A model generated the notes under the pieces. It had not been told where the DNA came from. It did not search any database and saw only the letters and a list, made by a program, of their open reading frames with translations. Positions 43,955 through 58,580 of a DNA stretch of 64,000 nucleotides are shown here, in pieces. Where the stretch lies: positions 4,195,003 to 4,259,002 of the forward strand of contig MU058065.1 in NCBI GenBank assembly GCA_013265495.1, given 5' to 3'. How positions within the stretch are numbered: position 1 is the first letter of the stretch; every line of letters starts with the position of its first letter. Made by a program: the position numbers and the translations under genes. Source of the DNA: Vicugna vicugna. Its lineage: Eukaryota.

Positions 43955-45733
43955 TGATGTTTAAGCCCTTTTGTGATTTTACAACTTGGCTCATCCTTCA
44001 GAACCTCTTCATAGCCAGGCATCCATTTTTAAACCATGTTTCCAAGAGGGATTTTCAAACAGCCTCTGGATGTGGGACCGCTTTCCAAAGCCACAGACTA
44101 GAGCGTCACGTATTACTGAATTTTTTTCACACTTAACCTTCAGTCCGTCCTTCCTGTTTGTTTTAGATTTCCCACTGGGTTCCTTTTTATTATTTAAAAA
44201 AAAAAACTCATTTTAAACAAGACCAAATACTGTTTCTTGTTGGCTGCCTACTGAATCTGAGAATGTATATACAGGATTTATAAAACATTTACACTACGCA
44301 AGGTTTCCCACTATCTAATGGCCTTCATTTTACTACTGGTAGATAAGCTGGGATTAAGACACAGTTAAGAGTTATCAGCATACAGTTAATGGCTATGCTA
44401 TCGTAGCTGGACCATCTGAATATAAGATCCTAATGGAATAAACACAGAATCATAAAAGTTATTGGCCATTAGGACTGACACTGTTAAAATCCACATGAAG
44501 CAGACCAGCCACTTCCCTCCTTTAATGCTCACCGTTTTGTATCTGCAGTCGTAAACGTTGGGGTTTTTTTGTATAGTTTATTGGGTGTGGGGGTTTTTGG
44601 TTTTCTGTGGGTTTTTTGGTTGTCTTTTGGGTGTGTTCACTTTCTTTGGCTGTAGTTTTGGTTCCTTTACATCTCCTCTTCTGAATTCTAAGTCCATTCG
44701 TTTAGGAAAGAGTGCATCTTTGTCCACGCTAAAGACTTTTAGTTTTTTTTTCCCAGTAGTTGGAGAAAGGAAAGCTAAAGGAAGCTTCTAGAATGGTACA
44801 TTTACATAGATAAACTCTTAGCTAAATATTTCAAGAAGACAGAAGGCAGTATAAGTGTCCGGCTGCAGAGAACAAGCATAAATGTAATACACTAGGTTTT
44901 CAGAGTAAACGGCAGCAAAGGAATGCAATTTCCAGTACAATGTATTGCCCTGTTTAGTAGCCCTAATAAAGCGAAGAAAACTTTTAAAGAATGTCCTCTT
45001 GAACAGCTGAAGTATGTGAATTAAAGCTGAATGAATTTCCCCAGATGGAACCCTAAGAAATATGAAACTCCATTGAAAATATGTTGCACGTAAGCATAAT
45101 CAAACAAGAGGCATTTGAGGCCTTTTAACTTTTCTTGGGTAATATTCAATTGCTTTACCATTTTTGCAGGTTTAAAAAGTAATAATAAGTATCAAAACCT
45201 TGCCCTCACTCCATTAAAGTCAGTAATGGCTCTCACATCTGTTACTATTCGACTTCCTCTAAGAGCCTTTTTAGCATATTATCTTCTAGCTACGTTGGAA
45301 ATGTTACCCATACTCTGTAAGAGTTGGATGGACAGTGGGATGGCTAGAAATGTTCATATCTAACTTCCTTAGTTGATGATGTCAGAAGCAATATTAAGTA
45401 TCGCCTTTGTGCTCCTGGGCAAGAGAATACAAGAAGTCGTAATTACTATCAGCTGCACATCCATTGATAGACACCATGAACAGCATGTATTTTGTAAAAT
45501 CTAAAATTCTCTTTCTTCTACAGTATTGCCTTAAGCAGAGCTCAGATAATAGGGAGATTAAAAAACTAAAATTAAAGTGATTAGTTGTTTACCTCCCTCA
45601 AGAAAACGTACGAGAACCGTCTCGACCTGGAAGACTTTAGTTGGAATAAGTGAGTCCCTTGTTCCTGTTTGGAGAGCTGTCTCAGGGATGCTGTCGTCCT
45701 GCTTGGCAAATGGTAGCACCATTCAGAAACTAA

Positions 45734-45970
<237 letters not shown>

Positions 45971-46135
45971 TGAGATTCAGGAAGTTTCACACTAGTGTCT
46001 GATAGTGAGTGTTGAGCTTGAAACGATACGTTACGCTTAAGATTCTTAATACAAATGTGTCTAGTAATCTAGCTAAAGCTTATTATGGTCCTGGATTTCA
46101 AGGACCAAGATTACAAAGCCTAAATGGTGAAGTAT

Positions 46136-46155
46136 GGGAGGGAGGGAGGGAGGGA
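46136..46155 (+). repeat. (GGGA)5 tract with G-quadruplex potential
   Basis: Five GGG runs with 1-nt loops. Confidence 0.8.
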
Positions 46156-49100
46156 GGTAGATGCATAGCCTGATATGTAGTGATAGGTGTCAATATTTTT
46201 ACTTGATTAGCTTTCAAACCTGTACTGAAACAAAATTAAACTTTGAATTTTAAGAAAATGCAGAGATATGGGAAAAACACAAATTTCACATGAGATGAAA
46301 TTGACACAAAAGGCTTATTGGAAGAAAACTAGTGAATATTTTAAAGCTGGCAAAGCTGTAATTAGAGCTTGCCCCTTGAGGACTCTAAAATCAGGCTTCA
46401 CTAAATGACCCTTTGTAAATTATGCACATCCCTTTAAATGTACCATCTGGACGACTTTGTAAGGGAGTATCCTCAATGCCTGCAACTTCAGAAAAGCATT
46501 CAGTAATGACACTAATAAGATTCCAGAGTAATAGAATTTAATTACAAACATCTCCAGTGAGAAAGAAAAAAGCAAATCTAGACCAGGAGGTCTTCCTAGA
46601 ACGTGTATTAGCTAATTCTGGGACGCTGTTAGTTCTAGAAGGGTTGGAAATCTGAACAAAATAAAATGGCCGCATTTTGAACTTTCCTAATTTTATATGC
46701 ATGAGGTAGAAATGTTTACGTGTGTTAAGTATGAGTGTGTTTATGAATGTGTGATACTCAATTTATCAATAAAAATTCTCTTTTAGAAAAAATTTTCTTT
46801 TAAAAAATGTTCTCTGGTGTGGAATGTTACCTGACCATCCGCCTTGCCCTGAAACAACAGGACTTTGCAAAGCCTTGATAATTAAGTGACAAACCAGGGA
46901 CACTCAAGAAATAGGATGCTGGTTGCCTTATCAGTAGAAGAATGTTCATTACAGAAGCTAATGCACGCCATGTCCAGTGGGGCAAAAAGAATTCTCTAAC
47001 CAGACTAAGAGGAATGGTAGTGTTGACATTGTATTATCTGTAAATTACAAAGGAATGTTCATGGCACATTGGAAGATAGACAGCAGCCAGCATAACTGAT
47101 GGATAATTGCAGGCTGGAGAAAGACTGTGGAAGTGCATGGAGTATAATCTATTGTTTGCTGAGATGCGGCTTTGCAGACACCTTCAAGTACTTTTCTTAC
47201 GGTAACATTTAGTTTCGAGTTAGAGACATTCAGAGGAACAAAGACAACCTAGAAAAATGAGGAGTGCGTGTATTTACTCATTGAATTATTTGATAGTTAA
47301 GCGTTTCTTCCTTTCAGTTGAGAGTGGATGTTTTCAAGAGGGGAATATCTGAAGATGTTGTTGGTTTTCCTGCTCTAAATAATTCTGACCTAGAGTTTTG
47401 ACAGTTTCTACTATATTAAAAACAATTCTGTTGTTGTTTTAAACTTTCAGTTGTCTGGCTTTATGCATGAAAAAGCATCTGAAGCCAATTCTGTCCCACA
47501 AATAATATTGATCTATCATTCACGTGTGTTTGTCTCTGCGTTGGATTCTGTGTAGAACAGGAATCAATGGGAAATGTAACTGGAGAATAATTCTCGTGGG
47601 TAGAATTCATTGGCATATGGTGAATAGAGTCAAAGTAACAGTGGAAAATATGTCAAAAAACTTACCAAGGTTTATGTTTGTTTTAATGCTCTGCGCCCCA
47701 AAAAAACATTCAGCAGGAAATGAAGAAAATATGCTTTGTTAACACACAAGCCATCTTCCAAGCTGGCAGTGGAGAGGGAGCTAATGAGAATCTCCTAGGC
47801 AGTCTGAGGGTTTGTAACAAATTGTGTGAACCTGGCATCAGCCCAGTGTTGCTTGCATTCTCATCAGTTCAGTGTAAAATGTTTTCATCTCGTCTAGAGT
47901 CAACGCCATGCACCTGGAAAGATAAAAGAAAAGTCAGAGGATCAAACTGACCTAACGTAATTGCCAGAAATAAATACCACCATGTCCAGCAACACATAGA
48001 AGGCTGCTTTGGAAGCAGAAGTAAACAATAGTAAGACAATAGGATGTTGGCAAACAATGCATGGGAGGAAAAGGTTCAGAGGGCTTAATAAGTCACAAGA
48101 TGATTGTTAAACTGAAATAGTATCCTGGTTGAAGGGACAGCGGTTATACTGGTACATAGAAACTGGTCCCAACTGAATTGAGTCTTTTCTATTGAAGACC
48201 AATCATTGAGCAGTAATAGACCCCGCACAGCGGGAATCCGGCGCTGTCATTGAGGTGGCTGCGGTCCGTGGTGGTTTGGCTAGGCGCTGTCATTTTAGTA
48301 GGGGGAAAAAAAAAGGACTGATTTAAAACAAATAAAACTTTTTAAAATCTCCAAACAAAAGCGCCTCCAGAACCTCAGAGGATACCTGTAAATAAAGCGT
48401 ATAAGTAGCCAAGAAATTAAGATGACATCCCCTTTTTAAGTTGGGCATAAGTCATACTATGTTATGTTACTGGGATTCACACCCTAAAGAAGGGCAGTTT
48501 AGAGGAAAGCCAGTAAGAAAAATACTGTGAAGACAGATTTGAAAAATGAGAATTAGAAAAATTAGAATTACAAGCCCATTAAATGGTTTATGGCTTATTA
48601 GGCAGGAGGATCACTCTGGACAGGAGACAGTTATCACCTATCATAGCTTCTTTCCTTAGATCTGTAAGGGTCTTCTTTAAAATATAAATGCCCTAAAATA
48701 AGTTGCTTTTATTATGATGATGATTTAAATTTTAAATCTAGTTATTAACACCTTTAGCAAGGTCAAATGGCAGCCAAATGAGACCAAGAAAGAGCTACAG
48801 AATTGGTAAATTGGTATATTTTGGTCCCAAAAGTAAAAATTGCTGGGCATCTAAAGAGGTTAAGGAATATGCTGTTTTAGAGAGAGGCAGTGTCTTCTGG
48901 ATTGGGAAGGTGGGTTCTGGTACTGACCCATTAGCTGTCTGAGCAAGAAGTCACAGGCTTAAAATAATGCAGGGGGACTTCCATTTTAAAGGAACTATTA
49001 ATGTTTCCCAAGGAAGGTCTCTAACTCTAAGCTAGAGTATCTTTTCCTAAGAGAGTTTAGCAGATGCTGGGAAGGAGAATGGAGAGGGTCATCGCCCTGT

Positions 49101-49426
49101 GGTCTCTGGGGGCCAGGCCAGCACCGTGTTGTTGATCTGATTGGGTTCTAACCACTTTGGAACACTGATGCATCTTCACTTGAGAGTTTCAGGTGGGCAC
49201 TGTCTGCTGTTCGAGAACCCCTCATAGCAACAGCTGGCTTGCCCGCCCTGTTGCCAGCAACACTTAGGTCTAGCTTTGGCTTCTGTGCAGAAATTGGAGC
49301 TGTTCCCGTGCTCAAGCTCGCTGGCAATTTAATGTACAGGGAACTTGCCCAGCAGGAGGGTGAACTTCTAATAACAGCTTGCCTGGCAGCTTAACATAAC
49401 CATTCTGGTTTTTTTTTTTTTTTTGA

Positions 49427-49639
<213 letters not shown>

Positions 49640-51798
49640 TAACAGTGATGTATGAAAGAATATATTAGAGATGGTAGGTGAGTGGTGACTCACTTTAATT
49701 CCTGCCTTTTAGTCAGAGGCCACTTCATAGCAATCTGCAACCTGGGTGGCTTCTGTCTCACTTAGTGGAGTGTATTTATGGCAGTTCCGTTGGCCATCTT
49801 GAAGAGCCTAGTACCCGTCAGGTCTCAAATAGAAGGAAAAAAAAAAACAAAACAAATTGGAGGAAAAAGAACAGCGACAAAGGAATAGCCAAAGTGTTTA
49901 TGTTATGAGACTGGACCTGAAAATTTAGGGAGAGGGATGAAATGTACTTTTGGAAGATGGTTGGATTACTAGATGCTATATTTTGCCAAGACAAAAGGAC
50001 CATTGGGTTCCAAAAACTAAGGATTAGAAGATGGTTCTTTGGGCACTGCAACTTTAAGTGTCAGTTACAGCAAGAAATTCATTAGGTTTCGGTTTTTAAA
50101 GTTTCTCTTTTGTGAGACTTTCAAGAGTAGAAGGAAATGGGATCAAGATAAAAACTGATCAAGTTATGAAGCATGCAGATGAACATTTGAGAAGGGTTTT
50201 AAAACTACAATGATTAAACCACCTGTTAAAAAAGAAAGAAAGGAAGTAGTTACCTCGTTGGAAAGAGCAAAAAGAAGCGTTTCCGTCCAGAAAGAAGATA
50301 AAGATACTGCAAACTTTTCTGCCTAGAAACTGGACTTTTCAGGTACAGGATCCAGGAGCCCTAATACCAGTCTCATCTGAAAGCGGGGACCATCCTTATG
50401 AGTTAAGTTGCTTAAAAAAACAGGCATAATCAGGTTTTAGGGGGGTCACGCCTGAGTGAGGCGAGGCATCTCCTTATCTCCAGATCTGTGCGTCTCCAAG
50501 TCTTGTCTTTCATCGTGACCCTAAGTTAATAATTAGAGGACATTTTCCCCACGATGTACAAGCCCTCCAGTCTTGGCCAACACTAGGGTGCTCTCTTTCA
50601 GTCTTTCTCCTGGAAACTTAGCCTACAGACCATGGAGAAGAAGGAGTACATTTATCATCACAAGATATGAAAAAAAGAATTGGGAGCAAACAGCAGAGAT
50701 ACCCTCTATTCGCTTTTAGACTTTTTAGATCCCTTACCATGGACCGTCAGACAAAGAGCTTAATGATCATACTTTTCTGAAATAATACTGGGCTGAATTC
50801 ACATCTTACTTCTGCCACTCAGTAGCTATATGACCTTAAAAACAGAATCTCCTAACATTTCTGGGCTGTTTTTAGTTCTCTTCTCTGAGAGGGTGAAAAC
50901 AGATGATGCTAAGCCATTTTCCAAGTGCAGCTGGTTTCTTCCGTTCCAAGCTAAACCTCCTCCAGCGTTAAGATCTCCAGCTCCAGGTCCCATGTGTTTT
51001 GTCTGAGGGTCCTAAGCCCAGGTCTTTGGTCCTTGGTTCTTCCTGGCATAAACTCTTTAGCTGCTGATACTGCATAATGTGTGCTTTGCACCAAAGTGCA
51101 GAACAAATTGAGTTATTGGATACACTTTTCTCACTTGGACACTTTTCTCATGGAAGGCACTTAAACAGCTTTGATGTTTATTATTGCTTGCAGATAATGG
51201 GATGTAGTATAACATGGTATGTGATTGAGCACAAAATTAGGCAAATGTCACGGTGTTGCACAAAGAGCACAGAGACTTCCAGAACAAGCTTGGGAATGCC
51301 CCTTGGAGTTAATTGATATTGAGTAAGGATATTTTCATTCTCAGGTCATTTTGACCTTGACAGAGACCTAGAGCCTACAGGTTGCTATTTTAATGCTCTT
51401 GGCTTAAAGTTAGAATTAAATGCAAACTGTTGGTCTTTGTCTAATAGAAAACATTACTGGTAAAATTTGACACTCATGTCTACAATTTCATGTGGTCATA
51501 TTTGTTATTGGCTAAAAATTGGGGAAAGCATGAAATCTTGGTTATTCTTTCCATAAAAATCTGCCCTTTTTCTCAGAAAATTGAGTTTAATTGAAATAAT
51601 GGACATAAGAGTCACCAAGACAAGCTGTTATTCGGTCACAAAACTGATTGCTAAAACAAGTCTCTGTTAACATATTTATGTAAAAAAGAAGTAATGCCAA
51701 TCAAAATAACGTAGGTAAAAATGAAAATGTAAAGTAGATTGGATTAATTCTGCTATGTAGAAAGTTAAGTCATTAGATTGATTAAAATGGGGATATAC

Positions 51799-51926
51799 TT
51801 TTTTTTTTTTGGTGGGGGGAGGTAATTAGATTTACTTATTTACTCTTAGAGGAGGTGCTGGGGATTGAACCCAGGATCTCCTGCATGCTCAGCACGCACT
51901 CTACCACTTGAGCTATCCCCTCCCCC
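51799..51926 (-). mobile_element. tRNA-derived SINE (vic-1-like)
   Basis: gctggggattgaacccagga...ctctaccacttgagctatcccctcccc; poly-T. Confidence 0.88.
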
Positions 51927-52939
51927 TAGATTGACTCAACTTTGTTTTTATAAGGAAAGGATTTTTTCGGTTGAAAATTCAGGAGTGATGATATAAGTTT
52001 GATTTAAATGTTTGTATTCAAGCAACAGAGCCTCATGGGGAAAATCAGGTCAAAATGTTAAGATCAACTATATCCTGTGATTTCTAAGGAAAGGGAGTTC
52101 AAGAAAATATAACATAACAAGTAGTAGTGTTGCTACACAGATAGTTATAATAAGGTGGTATAGAACACCCTGTTAAGGCCCACCCTATGATTATTCAGTA
52201 GTTTGATGATGAAGATGACTACAATTCTCTTAATAATTACTTCCCATAAATAGATTATTTACTGTGTATGAATATGGTGAGGAATGCCAGTACCTGCCTG
52301 GAACTCTAGTCATGCTTGACAACCATCTAATGTAAAACACCTGGCCTGAGAAATGCATGAACTAATAAATAAGTTAATAAGAAGTGCTTAGAATTTGTTG
52401 AAAAGATCCTTTAGGAGCCCCAGCCAGGGAAGACGAGAAGCGCATTCCGCCATCCAAACAGTGATCAAAGTGGCCATTCTTCCTGCCGGTCTTGGCACAC
52501 GTGCTGGTCAGGCCTGGGTTGATTAAAGAGGGGATTAACTCCCTGCTGTCCCAAGTTTGTCTGAATGCACCGAGCCTGCCTGCAGACCTGTCTGGAAACA
52601 TGCCGGACTTGAACTCTTGCTGTTTTCCCTGCTTCCATCAAGCCTGGCGGGTTGCAGGCTTCCAGTCTTCCTTCCTCATCCTTCACTAGGGTTGCCATAG
52701 TTGCTGAACTCAAGTCTGTAACATTCAGGGCTGGCAGGGACTGGACCCTTCCTGCGAAGCCTTGAATGGGTTTCAGCCACAAGGGCTCCCCCAGTCTTTA
52801 CCCCAGGATAGGATGTTCAAAAACCTGCTCTGATCCTTAATGCACTAAGAGTGGGTCCACATAAAACCCATGTGGGAAATGACGTTAAGAACAAATAGGG
52901 TGACTGAGACATGCTTTTGCAAAAGCTTTGTGAAATTAG

Positions 52940-53263
<324 letters not shown>

Positions 53264-53533
53264 TAAGTACTCAGCGATGTAACACGAAAGGGTAAATCTA
53301 GATTTAATAGTATTTCCCCTTTTTTTTTTTTTCGCTTTGAGCTGCATAATCATCCTACTCATAAAAAAAAAAAGAAAACTGGAATGCCTTTCATTTTGAT
53401 TGACTGAGTGTAATTTTTCCCAGCCTCTATAAAGCACCTACATTGTTGCATTCAATTGCTTAATTAAACATTTTTAATACACCTGCCTTGTTGTGCTGTG
53501 AATTGTGGCTGATTCAAATGTGTGTCTGCATGA

Positions 53534-53716
<183 letters not shown>

Positions 53717-54521
53717 GCCAGTATTGAATAAACTCAAAACTCTTGAAATTAGTTTACCTCATCCATGCACTTTAATTGAAGAACTGCACTTTTTTTACTT
53801 CGTCTTCGCCCTCTGAAATTAAAGGAAAAAAAAATTTATCTGCAGTGTTGCTTGGTGTACAGGTTGCTGAAACTGCGCGGGGCTTACAGAAATGACAACC
53901 GTTGCTTGAATTAGACCTGGAACGAATTGTTTCTTGGACGTACTTCCAGCCATCATCAGTTTGTAAGATACATGTACCTATAGACATAGAACATCACCTT
54001 CGAGTTTTGATTCCGTATTTGCTGCCAGACACTGAGCTTCCCCGAGACATCCTTGATCCTCTCTCCACTTGGAATTACAACCATAGTGTTTTGTTCGTGG
54101 CATAAACTACAGTCATCCTTCTTTCACTGGAATGCAGATCGTGCCCAGGAACATTTTTGAAGGACTCAGTTGTAGCTTTTAAGGCTTGTTTCGTACTGTG
54201 GATAAAACCTAGGTGAACGCCACGTGACCCATCAGTGTTGCCCCTCGGTGCTCGGGCCAGCTGGTGGGTGGCGATGATATGCGGGGCTGGAGAGGAAAGG
54301 AAAGTGGATTTAAAAGTAATAATAATTAATAGTAATAATAAATACCCAAGCACCATACCCCCTACCTGGACAAACGAGGTCTGTTTCTTTGGGCCCAAGG
54401 CTGTGCCATTGGGAACTCTACAAACTCATCATAACTACCTTATGGATAGTGGACTGTGACAATCTTCTGTAGAGAGCTTTCATACTTCCCTCCTCGGAAG
54501 AAGCAAATCCAAACCTACAAG
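53717..54521 (+). other. EPHA4: EPHA4 3'UTR, part 1 (rest of exon 17)
   Basis: Repeat-free sequence after the stop, ending at a strong donor AAG|gtaagg (54521/54522). Confidence 0.75.
53767..53792 (+). promoter_or_regulatory. Tandem miR-17/20/93/106 seed matches (GCACTTTA at 53767-53774; GCACTTT at 53786-53792)
   Basis: Exact seed complements in the proximal 3'UTR. Confidence 0.6.
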
Positions 54522-55088
54522 GTAAGGTGAAAGAACCAGCCACGAATCTGTCTCCAATGAAAATTTTTTTTTAAACTTTATGTTATTTGAAACACTAAGC
54601 AGTAAACATCTTTCATGCCTATCAGGGAGTTTGGGGTTCATTCAGGATGTCAGTCCTCTTGACGTTGGGAGGGGAGACCCACACCACTATGGCTTCTCTG
54701 CTCTTCTTCCAGGAAATCATGAAACAGGAACTGCATGAGGTCAGGGTGGGAAGGATGGCATCTCGGACCTCCAGTGGCCGTGCTTTCTTTCACGCAAAGT
54801 TCCTCTTGCTCTTTGGTGCCCTTCATTCATAGAGCATCTTCTGGGTACCAGGTAGTAACCTCTAACCGTGTTGGGTCATGCACGTGCCCCAGTCTTTGGA
54901 GACTTTGCTGCAGCTCTGAAGTACTGGAGGGTCTTTTCCATTAGTCTCATTTTCTGTCCTGTTCCAGTTGCCTCTGTACCAAACGGGGTCAGCCAACAAG
55001 GATTTACCTAGATGTCAGTGGTGAGACTTGGAAGTCACCTTTGATGAACTTATTATCAGAAAGTGAACTACTGAAAAACAGATTGTGT

Positions 55089-55259
55089 GGGGAAAGGTAT
55101 AGCTCACTGGTAGAGTGCATGCTTAGCATTCATGAGGGCGTGGGTTCAATCCCCAGTACCTCCATCAGAAATGAATGAATGAAGGAATGAATGAATGAAT
55201 AAATAGATAAAATACTGGATTACCTCCCCTGCTCAAAAAAATTAAAATAAAATAAAAAA
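55089..55259 (+). mobile_element. tRNA-derived SINE (vic-1-like) inside the 3'UTR intron
   Basis: ggtatagctcactggtagag...gggttcaatccccagtacc, (GAAT)n, A tail; aaaaacag on both flanks. Confidence 0.88.
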
Positions 55260-58200
55260 CAGGTTTTTCATCCATCAAGCCCAGTAGCCTTAGATACTAA
55301 TATTTTAATCCCAGAACTGTCTTCTTTTAAACATGTGAATTGAATGACTTTGTTCATTCCTAGAACTAGCAAATAGCCTAACTTTTTTGACTGGACAAAT
55401 TTTAACTTTTTTAACACTTCCATTTTTATCACTTTTAAACAAGACCTTGGCTGAGTTTAATGACCTTCCCCCACCCCCGCTTGGTTTTATCCTGAAAGCT
55501 ATTTCTTACAGAGCAAAGAATGTTAAATTTGATGCTGTCAAATCATGACAGTTTAGTAAAAACCTTTTTGCAACATTAGTTGTAAAAGCTTTTCTGTTCA
55601 GAAGGAATGTGGAATTTGTTTTTTTTTTAAACTACTCCAACAATTTTTGTTTTATCACCACTTTTGCTAAAATCTAGGAGTTCTGGATAGTCAGGTTAAA
55701 AGTTGACCAACGTAGGAGGTTTTTGTTTGCTTTTTAAACAAATTTGTGTATATTTTTTCCTTCTCTAAAGCTATGGGGGATTTCGTTTTCATTCCCCACA
55801 GTCCAATTCAAACAAGGTTGCATTACAGTGTTATCTTGTGGGTAAAAGTAATATTACCCTGCATATATCAAATAATTAAAAGTTTTGCTTTCTCAGAATC
55901 ATCAACTTAGGACTTGAGGCATTTCTCTAATCATTGAACATAGTCATTGAGGAACATTTCTAAAAAAAAGGCGTGTCAATTCTAAAATACCCTAACAGGT
56001 TAATGCTGTGTACTATGCTGACAAGGATTTGGTACATCTCAGCAGGAACCTTTATAAAATAATCAGGTGGGGACTGAAAGAAAGGTGAAATAAGAAACTC
56101 ATTCAAAGGTTGCCTTCTGAACCTTAATTTTAACCCATTGGATGACTTAGAGTGTAGACCAGTGGAAGGACCCCAAAAAGGCTTTCTAAGCTTCTAAAAT
56201 AACATCCAGTAGCAGTAAAAGCAGAACCCCGCTGCTTTCAGGAAGTTACGTACATAGAAGAGAAAGGTGCCAACCATAGGAATGTTGCATTGTTTCCCCG
56301 GGCATCCAGGCAGCTGCGGATTCTAAAGCCAAAGCCAACCGGGATGTCAACACTAGGAGGTTCACTCTGTGTTCCTTTATAACTCAGTTCCTCCACCTGT
56401 AAATTAGAGATAATGACTTTTTAATCATAACACCTTTCCTAACACATGGCTGTTGTTAAGTGTAAATGAACTACTCCGATGTAGAACATACTGAACTTCA
56501 CAGAAGAAAGGTGGACTCTTCCTCCAAGCTTTCCCAAGTGTTATTTATCCATCTTCCACTTGTGAACCCGAATGTTTTATGGCCGCAGGCTAGAGTGGAG
56601 TGAAATGAAGTTCTGTGGTGGGGAAGCAGACAGAGGAGGTTTCTCCACTTACAGTGGATATATGAGGGTTTGGGGGGTAAATGTGTTTCTGTTCAAAAGG
56701 TGGTAGACCTATCAAATCACCCCTGTCTCATTTAGCCTTGAAGTTCATGAAAGTGTTGTTTTATAATCGGAAAGAGTGAAATGTACAAGACCCGCGTTGC
56801 AATGAAAAGACCTGACGGTAAAGACACTTTGATGTCTTCATGACAGACTCCAGGGAACAATGCTTTGTTTATTTAGTGACCGTCACCAGGAAAGTCACAT
56901 CTTTCACTCCTGATCCCACAGAGACCACGTGCTTTGTCTGGTCTCTGTTCAAGCAGTCCCCACGATAAAGGGGTTGCTTGAATTAAAAGAAGAAAAGGTT
57001 TGTTCTTCTCCCTCTTCTGGCATCAACTCGCTCTAAGCCTCCACATTCCCACCCTTCTCACTTCCAGTACCCCGTCCTTTCCACATACACGCTGAGTCTC
57101 TAACTAGCCCACTTGATAAAACAAATATATTTATATCCAGGCATTTAGTGAAGGAGATTGGCGGATGGAAAGGGGGCCAGTGTGTTTTTGAGGTTACCCT
57201 TTCTCCTCTAAGGATGGAATTTCTGGTAGCAAAGGAAAGTCACCTTCAAAAAGTGTGCATATCCATGTGGCATTTGGTTGTACTCCATCAGAGTCTTTAA
57301 GGTCATTTCCATGTTCTCCTTGTCCTTCATATGAATCTGTCTGCCTGATGGAATCCCTGCACATTCAGGTTCCAAAATCCTATGTTTGATAGACTTACTA
57401 ATTTCCAGAGAAGAAACAGTTGGAAAAACAGCTCCTATCCTTTTTTTTTTTCATAATTGTCAAAAATGAATGATGTTGACAAGTGACTTCTTGAAGGCCT
57501 TGGTAGTTACATCCTTACCCACATTTATAATTTTAAGTTGCTTATGAAAAGGATTGCATAAGTTCTATCTGAATTTTTTTTAAAAAACTTTATTACTCTC
57601 CAAATAGACTAAATTTTTTTCTACAAGTGTAAATGATGGTCATTTACCTCCAAGAAACTAAATTTTATGTACCTCCCTCACACAAGAAACACACATGAAT
57701 AGAAAACAAGCAAATAAATAATTGATTGGATAAAATAAGGAAAGTCACCTACATGGATGAGTTTTAGTCTTAATCTTTGCTCTACACTTGAGGCCACCAA
57801 CTGCTCAACACAGCCACTATGGTGGGAGATATAGTCCAAGAAGCAATCTTGATGAGAAGTTATCAAAAGGAAAGAAGAGGAATTTGGTCTTTTGGGTTGA
57901 GCTGATGATTTGGTGAATGAGAGGACGGTGGGAAGCCACAATGGTTCCACTGCATTGGGCCAGCCTTGTTCGACTCTAGGCTGATGGGGTGGCTCTGGCT
58001 GATTAATTCTCGATAGGCTTCGGTCCCCAAGACTTCCTCACTGGCACACCAGACCTCTCCCTGTGCCCATGGCCCCAGGTTCCCTCTCTCTACCTGTTAC
58101 CTGCAGATTGTATGGGTCCTTTACTAATTAGATACTCTCCTTCATTAGAAGTTACTTCTTTTTACCAAAAACATCCAGCGCTTTTTTATTTCGTAGTTAG

Positions 58201-58404
58201 CATTTTTTCTATTGTATTGTTGAGTATTGATGGATTGTGATGTTTCCGGATTTGTTCGCCAAATATACAATTTCCCTCGTTGGAAAGACTGGATGCTAGT
58301 ATCCGACGCTTTGAGAGTAGTGAAGTTTGCATCCTTTCACCAGCTCTACGTGTTTCTTGCGCAAATGAACCATAACCAGTCCGAATTTTCATTTTAGAGT
58401 TGGC

Positions 58405-58580
58405 TGACGTAGGGCGTAAGGGTGGCTGTGTGGGGTCTAATCCCAGCTCTGGTACTTGAGAATGTCCGACCACGAGCAGGTTATTTAGCCTCTCTGTGCT
58501 CCGAGGTCACCATCCACACTATAGGGCTATGAATAGTCCCTTATTGTTGTAATAATTAAGAGTTGTTATAATGAAGCTGT
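58405..58580 (+). mobile_element. Degenerate MIR
   Basis: tctaatcccagctctg..gagcaggttatttagcctctctgtgc. Confidence 0.55.
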
